Made by a program: the position numbers and the translations under genes
Part shown: positions 29,845 through 38,740 of the stretch, one piece after another
Position numbering within the stretch: the first letter of the stretch is position 1
Layout of the letters: each line of letters starts with the position of its first letter
The notes under the pieces: model-generated
Database searches by the model: none
Told to the model about the DNA's origin: nothing
Seen by the model: the letters and a program-made list of their open reading frames with translations, nothing else
Source of the DNA: a virus
Lineage: Duplodnaviria; Caudoviricetes
Length of the DNA: 64,000 nucleotides
Strand: one strand, 5' to 3'
IMG/VR virus record: IMGVR_UViG_3300032240_001531
Span: 15,409-79,408 of that record

Positions 29845-31067
29845 GTACAGAAACAAAATTAATTGGTGCGGCTATCCGTGTCCGCGATCTATCCCCGCTG
29901 TTTGAACGGGGTGTATCAGATTCGTGGTTTTCTAACGAAGAAGATAAACGTGTATGGTCTTACTTGCGCACGCATTTTGCTAAGTACGGTGAATGCCCTA
30001 GCGAAGAGGTAATTGCCTCTAACTTTCCTACTTATCGCGTAGCGGAACTAACTGATTCAATTGACTTTCTGCTAGATGACTTAGTAGATAAGCGCCGTAA
30101 ACTTTCTATTAGCAATACGCTACGTCTTGCCGTAGAAGCAATTCAAACTGAGAAAGACCACGAAGCCGCATTACTTTTGATGCAGGGCGGTCTTGTAAAG
30201 CTTGAAGAAGAAGGCTTAAATAAAACCTCCGATATCAACTTGATTACAACTACCGAGTCGCGTTGGGAAGATTATTTATTCCGTAAAAACAACCCGGGCT
30301 TGCTAGGAGTTGCTACTGGTTTTCCTACTATCGATGCGGTAACCAATGGGCTACAGAACGGTCAGTTAATTGTTATCGTAGCTACTCCTAAAACTGGTAA
30401 GTCAACGCTTGCTTTGCAAATTGCTAATAACATTCATAAACAAGATATGTCACCTATGTTCCAGTCATTTGAGATGACTAACCGTGAACAACAGAACCGC
30501 TATGACTCTATGCGTGCACTAGTTTCACACAATCGTCTCATCTCAGGTACCCTGACTAAAGATGAAGAAAAGCGATTCCAAGATTCGCTAATCTCTATGG
30601 CCGATGACCCTACTAACTTTTGGCTTGTAGACGCCGCTCATGGAATTACCGTGTCTGCTATTCAAAGTAAGATTCAGACTCTTAATCCAGATGTCGTATT
30701 TATTGATGGTGTGTATTTGATGCTAGATGAGCAGACCGGTGAGTCAAATACTCCACAAGCTTTGACTGGTATTACTCGTTCGCTTAAGCGTCTAGCCCAA
30801 CGTACAAACAAGCCTATTGTGATTACTACTCAGGCTCTTAACTGGAAAACTAAAAAGGGTAAAGTATCTACCGATTCAATTGGTTATTCATCATCATTCT
30901 TACAGGATGCTGACGTAGTGTTTGGCCTTGAACGTGAAGACGAGAACGTAGATGATACTAGAACGCTAAAGGTTATGGCTGCTCGTAACAGCGGTAACGT
31001 AGAAGCTTCTTTGATGTGGGACTGGGCCAGCGGTTTATTCCGTGAGATGACAAGCGACGACGTATGA
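29841..31067 (+). CDS. dnaB: Replicative DNA helicase, DnaB family
   Basis: TGFPTID, ATPKTGKS, FEM, VFIDG, QDADVV. Confidence 0.9.
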   Translation: MSTETKLIGAAIRVRDLSPLFERGVSDSWFSNEEDKRVWSYLRTHFAKYGECPSEEVIASNFPTYRVAELTDSIDFLLDDLVDKRRKLSISNTLRLAVEAIQTEKDHEAALLLMQGGLVKLEEEGLNKTSDINLITTTESRWEDYLFRKNNPGLLGVATGFPTIDAVTNGLQNGQLIVIVATPKTGKSTLALQIANNIHKQDMSPMFQSFEMTNREQQNRYDSMRALVSHNRLISGTLTKDEEKRFQDSLISMADDPTNFWLVDAAHGITVSAIQSKIQTLNPDVVFIDGVYLMLDEQTGESNTPQALTGITRSLKRLAQRTNKPIVITTQALNWKTKKGKVSTDSIGYSSSFLQDADVVFGLEREDENVDDTRTLKVMAARNSGNVEASLMWDWASGLFREMTSDDV

Positions 31068-32011
31068 GACTAGAACAGATGGAAACGGTATTACGCCGTT
31101 TAGATATTGAACCAGTAAACGCACGCGGGGCAGAGATTCTTGCTTTATGTCCAGGACACAAAGAGATTACTGGTAAAGAAGACCGAAGTCCATCATGGTG
31201 GATTAACTCCGATACCGGCGCACATATTTGCTTCTCTTGTGGGTTTAAGGGCAACTTGTGGTCACTTATTGCAACTGCACAAGGATTAAAAGACGCTAAC
31301 GGATTTTTAGACTATGCGGATGCTAAAGATTGGCTATATCTTTCGTTTGATAATATACAACTTGGTACTCACGAAGAAGAAGAAATAGAACCAGTTTTTA
31401 AAGAGGTTACAAATATAACTGAGTCTAGACTTGCCTTGTTTACATACCCGCCACAGCACGCATTAACTGCTCGGGGCTTCACGCTACAGGCGGCTGAAAA
31501 ACATCAATTGCTTTGGGATACTGCACACTCTAACTGGATTTCAGTCATACGCGACCCGCATTTAAATAAATTGTTAGGTTGGCAGGAAAAAGGGTTTAGT
31601 CGCCGTTATTTCCGAAACTACCCTGTAGGAGTAGAAAAGTCCACTACTTTATTTGGCCTTAACCGATATGCTGGTGGTCGTATGATTGTCGTAGAATCTC
31701 CGTTAGATGTAGTGCGTTTAGAATCAATTGGCGTAACTGGAGCAGTATCTACGTATGGTTCAATGATTTCCAATACCCAAATAGAACTTATTAAAGAGGC
31801 AGATGAAATCCTATTTGCCTTAGATAACGATGAGTCTGGAATTAATGCGTCAAAGAAGATGTTAGAACAAAATTTTGAAGCATGGTATTTTAACTATGGC
31901 CATACAGATATGAAAGACGTAGGTGCCATGAGCAGATTAGAAATCCTCACAGGTTTAGATAACGCTAAACACTCTGTAAATGGATTAGGAGCTTTATCAT
32001 GGGATTCGTAG
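31064..32011 (+). CDS. dnaG: DNA primase (CHC2 zinc finger + TOPRIM)
   Basis: CPGH...CFSCG, VESPLD, LDNDESG, KDV. Confidence 0.85.
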   Translation: MRLEQMETVLRRLDIEPVNARGAEILALCPGHKEITGKEDRSPSWWINSDTGAHICFSCGFKGNLWSLIATAQGLKDANGFLDYADAKDWLYLSFDNIQLGTHEEEEIEPVFKEVTNITESRLALFTYPPQHALTARGFTLQAAEKHQLLWDTAHSNWISVIRDPHLNKLLGWQEKGFSRRYFRNYPVGVEKSTTLFGLNRYAGGRMIVVESPLDVVRLESIGVTGAVSTYGSMISNTQIELIKEADEILFALDNDESGINASKKMLEQNFEAWYFNYGHTDMKDVGAMSRLEILTGLDNAKHSVNGLGALSWDS

Positions 32012-33582
32012 GAACGCTGCTTCCATATCAGCCAGAGGCCGTTGATAAAATGACCGAACGTGGCAAAATGCTTGTTGCGTATGACCTTGGCCTTGGTAAA
32101 ACAGTTTTAACTATTGCCGCTATTGAAGAACTAATGGATGAGGGTAAGATAACCGAGCCCGGTTTAATCATTTGTTTGTCCAGCCTTAAATACCAGTGGC
32201 AGTCGTCAATTACAAAGTTTACTAATGGCTCAAACGCTATAGTTATTGACGGTAATCCTGAGCAACGTAAAAAACAATATGACCGTGCGATGCGCTGGAA
32301 AACTTCTAAAATCGATTACATCATTATGAATTATGAGCAAGTAGTTAATGACTGGGCTTCTGTAAGCAAATTACCTAGAGGGTTTATTGTTTTAGATGAA
32401 GCTACCGCTATTAAATCATTTAAATCAAAACGCGCTAAAGCCGTTAAAAAGTTAGCTACTTGTGAATATCGATTTGCCCTTACCGGTACTCCAGTAGAAA
32501 ATGGTAAACCAGAAGAACTATTTAGTATTATGCAGTTTGTAGACGATAGCGTTCTTGGCCGGTTTGATAAGTTTGATATGACATTTATTGTACGTAACGC
32601 TTGGGGCGGAGTAGAACGTTACCGTAACTTGTCTACTTTGCATGAACGTATGAAAACAGCATCTGTTCGTAAAGCTCAAAAAGACCCAGACGTCGCCCCG
32701 TTTTTGCCGGCTACAATACATAAAGACCCAATTTATGTGATGATGGATCGAAAAACAGCTAAGCTATATAAGCGTATTTCAGATGACTTAATACTGGACT
32801 TAGATAACGCTCAAACACTTTTTGGCAGTTCATTTAATGTACTATCTCATTATGGATTTGAAAAATCTTGGGGAGGTGCTGCTGACGAAGTGCGTGGAGA
32901 TTTAATGTCTAAAATAACTTGCCTTAAAATGCTTACTTGCTCACCAGAGCTATTAAAAATTAGTGCCGCTAAATATAAAGCAGGAAACGGAGAAGGTTCA
33001 TCATACGCTTCTTTGCTAAATGATGAAGAACTATTAGAAGGTCTATCAAGCCCAAAACTTGAGGCATTTATAAGTTATGCTAAAGACTTCCTAGAGCAAG
33101 ACGAATGTAATAAACTAGTAGTATTCTGTTCTTACGTAGACATGGTAGATATTATTGCTGACCGTCTTGGTCGTGACATTAGTGTTACGTATACAGGGCA
33201 ACTTGATGCTAAGACAAAGGAAAAACATAAAAATGCTCTCAATAACGACCCTTCTATTCGTGTGTTCGTTAGTTCTGACGCCGGCGGTTATGGCGTGGAC
33301 CTTCCGGCGGCGAACATGCTCATTAACTATGATTTACCTTGGTCTTCTGGTTTGGCTACTCAGCGTAACGGCCGCATTCGTAGGGCTTCTTCTGAGTGGA
33401 AAACCATTGTAATCCAAGACGTGTTAGTTACTAATTCTATCGAAGTACGTCAACATTCAGCCCTTCAACAAAAGAACGCAATTGCCGCAGCCGTTATTGA
33501 CGGCGAAGGTATTAATGATAATGGTGGAGTGGACTTGACAATTGGCACACTTCGTGGTTTCCTAGTAGATATGTCGGTGTAG
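31999..33582 (+). CDS. SNF2-family helicase
   Basis: DLGLGKT, LDEA, LTGTP, NYDLPW, QRNGRIRR. Confidence 0.9.
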   Translation: MGFVGTLLPYQPEAVDKMTERGKMLVAYDLGLGKTVLTIAAIEELMDEGKITEPGLIICLSSLKYQWQSSITKFTNGSNAIVIDGNPEQRKKQYDRAMRWKTSKIDYIIMNYEQVVNDWASVSKLPRGFIVLDEATAIKSFKSKRAKAVKKLATCEYRFALTGTPVENGKPEELFSIMQFVDDSVLGRFDKFDMTFIVRNAWGGVERYRNLSTLHERMKTASVRKAQKDPDVAPFLPATIHKDPIYVMMDRKTAKLYKRISDDLILDLDNAQTLFGSSFNVLSHYGFEKSWGGAADEVRGDLMSKITCLKMLTCSPELLKISAAKYKAGNGEGSSYASLLNDEELLEGLSSPKLEAFISYAKDFLEQDECNKLVVFCSYVDMVDIIADRLGRDISVTYTGQLDAKTKEKHKNALNNDPSIRVFVSSDAGGYGVDLPAANMLINYDLPWSSGLATQRNGRIRRASSEWKTIVIQDVLVTNSIEVRQHSALQQKNAIAAAVIDGEGINDNGGVDLTIGTLRGFLVDMSV

Positions 33583-33583
33583 T

Positions 33584-33757
33584 ATGCCTAACTATCATTA
33601 TAAATGCCTTGATTGTGAAGCTACTTGCACGATTACACAAAACATAAATGAAGAAACAAAGACACCTAAATGCCTTGCTTGCAATAAACCAATGACCAGG
33701 ATTTTTGGAAATCTTGCAGTTCAGTTTAGAGGCGGCGGCTGGGGAAGAGGAAACTAA
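33584..33757 (+). CDS. FmdB-family zinc ribbon protein (57 aa)
   Basis: MPNYHYKCLDC...CLAC...VQFRGGGW; below ORF-track cutoff. Confidence 0.75.
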   Translation: MPNYHYKCLDCEATCTITQNINEETKTPKCLACNKPMTRIFGNLAVQFRGGGWGRGN

Positions 33758-34011
33758 TGGCACTTGGACAAATGATGACCTTTGATGAATGGCTACAGTA
33801 CGGCCTTACACAAGGTTGGTGTGGACCATCAATTTGTGAGACACATGACGGTATGCCTATGACAATTGAAGAAGAAAACGCCTATGAGGCTGGGGAAGAC
33901 CCCTGCATCCATATACTTAGACTTTACGACAGTCAGTTAGATAAAGCTGAAGTAGAAAAAAATCATTCACCAAGCACTTGGAGAGCAACTAACTCCGGGT
34001 ATGAACTATAA
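33757..34011 (+). CDS. Hypothetical protein
   Basis: 84 aa, TAATG coupling, CETHDG and DPCIH motifs. Confidence 0.6.
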   Translation: MALGQMMTFDEWLQYGLTQGWCGPSICETHDGMPMTIEEENAYEAGEDPCIHILRLYDSQLDKAEVEKNHSPSTWRATNSGYEL

Positions 34012-34020
34012 GGAGATAAA

Positions 34021-34149
34021 ATGGCAAAAGGAAAGCCAGCACCAGCACCAGTTAAGAAAGCCGGAGACGGCCGCAATAACGGTAAAGCACCAAAAAAGCG
34101 CCCAAAGATTTTTGACGCAATTAAGCGCAAATTAGTTCGCAAGAAGTAA
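34021..34149 (+). CDS. Small basic protein (42 aa)
   Basis: AAGGAG SD, MAKGKPAPAPVKKAGDGRNNGK... Confidence 0.6.
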   Translation: MAKGKPAPAPVKKAGDGRNNGKAPKKRPKIFDAIKRKLVRKK

Positions 34150-34150
34150 T

Positions 34151-34183
34151 AAAAAACCCCCTGCTAAACAACAGGGGGTTTTT
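34151..34183. terminator. Bidirectional terminator between convergent operons
   Basis: AAAAAACCCCCTG-loop-CAGGGGGTTTTT. Confidence 0.85.
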
Positions 34184-34192
34184 ACTTAAGAT

Positions 34193-34561
34193 TTAAGCCA
34201 ATGGCTCTTCTTCTTCAGGGGCATCTACATGGTCTGTTAGTTCTGTTAGATCACCAAAGTCAGCAAGTTCTGGAGTTTCAGCAGCTGATTCTTCTAGTGC
34301 TTGTTTAACTTCAGGGTCATTTGCTGATTGTTTTGCAACAGCAGCACGGAAACCTTTTTCAATGTCTTCGTTTGAAATGTTTGCATCCCAAGCTAGTTGA
34401 ACACCAAAGTAAATGATGATTGATGAGAATACGGTAGCAACACCATTCAAAGCACCAAGTACTGGACCAATGCCTGATGCAGCACCAGTAGCCATACCTG
34501 GAATTGCAGCAAACATGACCACACCAATAGTGCGCTTAATTAAATTACCAAGTGCTTTCAT
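34193..34561 (-). CDS. Holin-like membrane protein
   Basis: Two hydrophobic segments and acidic tail; coupled downstream of the M23 peptidase. Confidence 0.5.
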   Translation of the reverse strand: MKALGNLIKRTIGVVMFAAIPGMATGAASGIGPVLGALNGVATVFSSIIIYFGVQLAWDANISNEDIEKGFRAAVAKQSANDPEVKQALEESAAETPELADFGDLTELTDHVDAPEEEEPLA

Positions 34562-35085
34562 TATTTAACCTCTTGCTTACAAGTTGGGCAAACCTTTGGG
34601 TCTGCGTGGACTGGGGCAGCTACTGGCTTAGCGGCTGGTTTAGCAGCTTTTTGCTTTGCAATCTGACCTTTAATGTATTCGTGAGCATTGTAAACTTTGC
34701 CACCAAACACGCCTTCGGCAGAGCCGCTTAGTGTAAAGTGCAAGTGACAGCCAAAACTGGCTGAACCTGTGTTACCTGCTTTACCAACTACGTCGCCTGA
34801 CTTCACGACTGTTCCAACCTTAAGTGGTGATGGTTCATTCATGTGGCAGTAACCAAAGTAGTGGCCATTATCTGTTTGTAGTACAACAACGTTACCAAGA
34901 ACGGTGCTTTTTGCTAAAGGTCTATTAAGTACGATTGTTCCATCATTTACAGCAAGCAAAGGCTCGCCAACAGGGAAACCGTTATAATCGGTTCCACGAT
35001 GACCTGGGGCTTTGTGCCACTGGTCTACTGCGCCAAATAGTGATCCGAGTTTGACCTTCTTTACCGGGAAAATCCAGTTACCCAT
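34561..35085 (-). CDS. M23 peptidase (probable endolysin)
   Basis: HRGTD, YCHM, GNTG...HLHF. Confidence 0.9.
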   Translation of the reverse strand: MGNWIFPVKKVKLGSLFGAVDQWHKAPGHRGTDYNGFPVGEPLLAVNDGTIVLNRPLAKSTVLGNVVVLQTDNGHYFGYCHMNEPSPLKVGTVVKSGDVVGKAGNTGSASFGCHLHFTLSGSAEGVFGGKVYNAHEYIKGQIAKQKAAKPAAKPVAAPVHADPKVCPTCKQEVK

Positions 35086-35134
35086 AGTGGGGTTCCTTTC
35101 GAAGGGTTGGAGGGGACAGTTCTATTGTCCCTTA

Positions 35135-35296
35135 TTAGTCTTTATTTCGCAGGGGGAACGTAGCTACCCATATAACTAATGAGCCGATAATACACCAGCC
35201 AACTACTGCCTTAGCAGAGCCTTCTAGTACAATCCAGGCAACAAACATGCCTAAAAGAGTCCATATTTGGCCTATAAGGTCATTTAAAAATTTCAT
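35135..35296 (-). CDS. Small two-TM membrane protein (53 aa)
   Basis: MKFLNDLIGQIWTLLGMFVAWIVLEGSAKAVVGWCIIGSLVIWVATFPLRNKD; ATGA overlap with the upstream frame. Confidence 0.7.
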   Translation of the reverse strand: MKFLNDLIGQIWTLLGMFVAWIVLEGSAKAVVGWCIIGSLVIWVATFPLRNKD

Positions 35297-35568
35297 TTGT
35301 CTTTCCTTCGGCTAGAACCTGCTGAATTTGATGCTGCACTTGCCGCACTTTGAGCAGCCATAGATGCAGCTTGTGTTGCAACCTGTGTAACAATAATTGC
35401 GGAAATAACTACCTTTTGTGCTTTTGCTCGCACAGCAGGAGGTAGGTCTGCACCAATGTTACCCAAAGCATTAAACGCATCCGCTAATCCTTGAAATGCT
35501 GCCCCCAACAATGGAATATCTGCAACTGGATTATTGTTGTTAAATTCCTTTGGGGGTATTATTTTAAA
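35293..35568 (-). CDS. -1-frame extension of the PA14 protein carrying a hydrophobic anchor
   Basis: Frame opens exactly at the T TTA AAA heptamer; ends VVISAIIVTQVA...SSRRKDK; no SD-led start. Confidence 0.7.
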   Translation of the reverse strand, partial: FKIIPPKEFNNNNPVADIPLLGAAFQGLADAFNALGNIGADLPPAVRAKAQKVVISAIIVTQVATQAASMAAQSAASAASNSAGSSRRKDK

Positions 35569-37022
35569 TTAATTACAAACGCTTGCCTAGGAAGGTACGC
35601 ACCATCGGCAAAATACTTTGGGTTGTTCTTTTTTGACCGTCTCTTATCAGCAGCAGTAGGCTTTGGGATGTTTGCTAAATCTACTTTTGCCTGAGCAACT
35701 TTGATTTCTAAGTCATCTACTTGTTGTGCCGCAGATTCAATAGCAGCAAATGTGCTGCTGTATTGGGCTTTTAAGTCACGCAAGTTAGCATCAGCTTCTA
35801 CTTTGGTATCGCTACTGTTTTGCCAAACAACTTCGGCATTACTCATAACATCTTCTAAAGGCCTAAGTATCTCTCGTTTACTCGCTAAAGCACTACCAGC
35901 ATATCCATAGGTAATTTGCTTACCGTCATAGTCATCACAAGCATTTCCATAAACTACACTTGCCTGTTCTTCAGCGGCTACTGCCTGAACATAAAGAACA
36001 GTCTTAGTGTTTAAAATAGCCAACAGTGCTGGGTCTTTAACCATGGTGACTACTGCATCTTGTGTAAAGAACGATGAAGGGGCAACTGTATAAGAGCTAC
36101 CGCCTAATGGCTTGTAGTAAAGACTAGAACAAGCACCGCCAGTCCACTCGTAGAACCACGCGTCAATAGCGTAAGACTTACCACCAGTGAAAGAAAATAG
36201 TCCAGTTGAGTTTGCTCCACAGCCCTTTAATGACCAGTCATTGATTACCTGAGTTCCGTTGATAGACATGTAGAAACCGTCATCGGCAGGAGCCTGGAAG
36301 TAAACCTTAGTGGTTGTTGGGTATGTGATGTAACCCTTGTAGTGAAGCATGATGTAGTCAGAGCCACAACCTAGAATGTCACCGCCACCCCAGTTAAGGT
36401 CAATGTTGCTTACAGTAGTTGTCTTACACTTGGTGTAAACAGTATCTGACTTCTGTGGAGGGTTTCCATAACGACCGATACCTGTGTAGACATCTACCTT
36501 CAAACCTGCACTACTGCCCTGACCACCAGCGTTGATTAACTTGGTGTCATAGTCATTTTTAGCCTGATTCATAACAGCTTGAGCGTTGTCGGCATTCTGC
36601 TGGGCTATTGCGTAAGAATCATAAGTATAATCTACTACATCAGCAGCAGCGTTTACTGCGGCTACTGCCTGAGCAACTGCTGCTTCAGCAGCACGAACAT
36701 CAGCAAAAACAACATCATAATTAGCTTTTTTGCCATTGTAATCAGCAACAGCAGCGTCTAAAGCATCTTTTGCCTCAGTAGCGGCAGTTTGAGCAGAGTT
36801 AATAAGGTCAGCCTGAGAGTTAGATGAGTTAGTCCAGCTATCAAGGTTAGCCTGTGCGTTGTTTAATTGATTCTGAAGGTCTTGTACCTTTGCTTGCGCC
36901 TCGGCAACTTTTTGGTTATAGTCAGTTGTGCTATCAGCCATAGCAGGGCTAGACAACCCAAACATAAGAAATAGTGAAGTTGCGGCTACAAATAAAGTAG
37001 AGAACTTACGCATTTTTTTCAT
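35559..37022 (-). CDS. Secreted coiled-coil protein with central PA14 domain
   Basis: Signal peptide ending SPAMA, Ala/Gln coiled coils on both sides of NIDLNWGGG...ADDG...INDW...FYEWTGGA. Confidence 0.8.
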   Translation of the reverse strand: MKKMRKFSTLFVAATSLFLMFGLSSPAMADSTTDYNQKVAEAQAKVQDLQNQLNNAQANLDSWTNSSNSQADLINSAQTAATEAKDALDAAVADYNGKKANYDVVFADVRAAEAAVAQAVAAVNAAADVVDYTYDSYAIAQQNADNAQAVMNQAKNDYDTKLINAGGQGSSAGLKVDVYTGIGRYGNPPQKSDTVYTKCKTTTVSNIDLNWGGGDILGCGSDYIMLHYKGYITYPTTTKVYFQAPADDGFYMSINGTQVINDWSLKGCGANSTGLFSFTGGKSYAIDAWFYEWTGGACSSLYYKPLGGSSYTVAPSSFFTQDAVVTMVKDPALLAILNTKTVLYVQAVAAEEQASVVYGNACDDYDGKQITYGYAGSALASKREILRPLEDVMSNAEVVWQNSSDTKVEADANLRDLKAQYSSTFAAIESAAQQVDDLEIKVAQAKVDLANIPKPTAADKRRSKKNNPKYFADGAYLPRQAFVINLK

Positions 37023-37302
37023 TGGTTTTTTCCTTTTCATTTTCGACATTTTTTAAAGATACGGTTTGCTGGAAGGCAGCATTAATTTCATTTAGAGTAA
37101 GTTTTCCATCTTCTAAGAAAGCCAAAGCAAGCAGTTCAACTACTTTAGCTACGGCCATTACACCGCCCATTACAGCGCTAAACCAGATAGGAATTTGGAT
37201 ACCGCTCATAGAGCCGGCGACTGTACCCGCACCGATTACGCCCAGTGCTGAGGCGACAAATGTTGCAAGTACACGCAACATTACATTGCCAAAAAGTTTC
37301 AT
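37006..37302 (-). CDS. Membrane protein, apparent paralog of 34193..34561
   Basis: Hydrophobic helices then DGKLTLNEINAAF. Confidence 0.6.
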   Translation of the reverse strand: MKLFGNVMLRVLATFVASALGVIGAGTVAGSMSGIQIPIWFSAVMGGVMAVAKVVELLALAFLEDGKLTLNEINAAFQQTVSLKNVENEKEKTNEKNA

Positions 37303-37382
37303 AATAATTTTCTAAACTAAGGATTTATAGGGGAGTTTAGGTATAGAAACGCGTGTTTTAAGCAGGTAACTGCGCGATTAAT

Positions 37383-37411
37383 TTGACAAATAGGGTCAAT
37401 TCCATTATCTA
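37383..37411 (+). promoter_or_regulatory. Sigma-A type promoter with inverted repeat over the -35
   Basis: TTGACA-N17-TATCCT; TTGAC-N7-GTCAA. Confidence 0.55.
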
Positions 37412-37548
37412 CTAGCCAGGTGTGTTTTTTTGGCTAAACGTTGTTTGGCTTCGTATTTCTATGCTATGGTCTTACCTATAACTGAATATAGTGTCACTTC
37501 GACAATAAACGACCCCAGTACTAAAGCAATGAAAGGTAAGGTCGCCAA

Positions 37549-38076
37549 ATGAAAAAGTACGTAATTATAGCCAGCATACTTGTAACACTTGCTGGTTGTT
37601 CCGCCTCTACAGCAACAGCTGTAGCTCAAATTACACAAGAAACAAAGCAACATCAAGTTAAACCATTAACCTTAATTGAGACAGCTAAAGCACACCGCAA
37701 TACTGCTCAAATGAGGCATGTAGTTAAGTATCTGAAAACTCGCGTAGGAAAAACATCTTATGTGTTTTCAGGTGCCAGTCCCCGTGGATGGGACTGTTCA
37801 GGTCTAGTACGCTGGACCTATGAACGATTCGGTATAGTATTACCGCACTCGGCAAATGCCCAAGGGCATATTGGAACCCGCGTCTCAAAACCAAAACTTG
37901 GAGACATAGTTGTGTTTGCTTATAACGGCAGCACTAATTTCTATCACGCCGCCATTTACATTGGAAATGGAAAAATAATTAATGCACATCGTGGAGCTAA
38001 CGCTACGATAATTCAACCGCTTACAGATTACAAAAGCGGGCAAATCCGATTTGTCCGTATAGTAAAAACACTGTAA
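37549..38076 (+). CDS. NlpC/P60 (C40) peptidoglycan hydrolase, predicted lipoprotein
   Basis: LAGC lipobox, DCSG catalytic Cys, HAAIYIGNG. Confidence 0.9.
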   Translation: MKKYVIIASILVTLAGCSASTATAVAQITQETKQHQVKPLTLIETAKAHRNTAQMRHVVKYLKTRVGKTSYVFSGASPRGWDCSGLVRWTYERFGIVLPHSANAQGHIGTRVSKPKLGDIVVFAYNGSTNFYHAAIYIGNGKIINAHRGANATIIQPLTDYKSGQIRFVRIVKTL

Positions 38077-38083
38077 ACTAATT

Positions 38084-38122
38084 GTGGGCCGGATGTGCCT
38101 CTCACTCTCCGGCCCACTTTTT
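38084..38122 (+). terminator. Intrinsic terminator
   Basis: GTGGGCCGGA...TCCGGCCCAC then TTTTT. Confidence 0.8.
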
Positions 38123-38156
38123 ACAAGTTCGATTTGTAGTGTGGTACACTTTACAC

Positions 38157-38552
38157 ATGGCATACATCGGAGATAAAAAACGCGTCTATCAAAACACTTG
38201 GCTTAATTTACGCAGGCTTGCTTGGATTGAATCACAAGGCGGCAAATGCGTTAAATGCGGTTCTGAAGAGCGTTTAGAGATAGACCATATTAATAGACAT
38301 GAAAAGTCTATGAAAATATCAGCTTTGTGGTCCAGGTCAGCCAGTGTTCGTGAAGTTGAATTAAGCAAATGTCAAGTACTTTGCCATACTTGCCACAAAG
38401 AAAAGACTATTGCCGAATCTACTACGGCTAAATGCGGTCAAATAGCTATGTATAATAAAGGCTGTAGATGTGACGAGTGTAGAGAAGCCAACCGATTGCG
38501 TGTAAGTAAAGGTAGGGAATTAAAAAAACAACGTCTTAATACGCCCCTATAG
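38157..38552 (+). CDS. HNH endonuclease (leaderless start)
   Basis: CVKCG...LEIDHI...CQVLCHTCHKEKT plus GCRCDEC; TACACT lies 6 nt before the ATG. Confidence 0.85.
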   Translation: MAYIGDKKRVYQNTWLNLRRLAWIESQGGKCVKCGSEERLEIDHINRHEKSMKISALWSRSASVREVELSKCQVLCHTCHKEKTIAESTTAKCGQIAMYNKGCRCDECREANRLRVSKGRELKKQRLNTPL

Positions 38553-38614
38553 CTCAACGGCAGAGCGCCGCTCTTGTAAAGCGGAGGTTGTGATATCGTA
38601 ATTCACTGGGGGCT
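38543..38614 (+). tRNA. tRNA-Thr(UGU) with non-canonical T arm
   Basis: Acceptor GCCCCTA/TGGGGGC, D stem GCTC/GAGC, anticodon arm CCGCT-CTTGTAA-AGCGG; no encoded CCA. Confidence 0.8.
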
Positions 38615-38621
38615 CTTTATA

Positions 38622-38650
38622 TAGACAACGTGTATAGTTTCTGCTAAAAT
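38622..38650 (+). promoter_or_regulatory. Promoter of the Hsp20 gene
   Basis: TAGACA-N17-TAAAAT with TGn extension. Confidence 0.65.
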
Positions 38651-38740
38651 CTATATAGGTACGCCAATTGGGTACCGTAAATAATACTGTGCTACGGGCA
38701 GTCAAAGTACCAAGGCACAGTTGTCGTCTAAGGAGACAAC

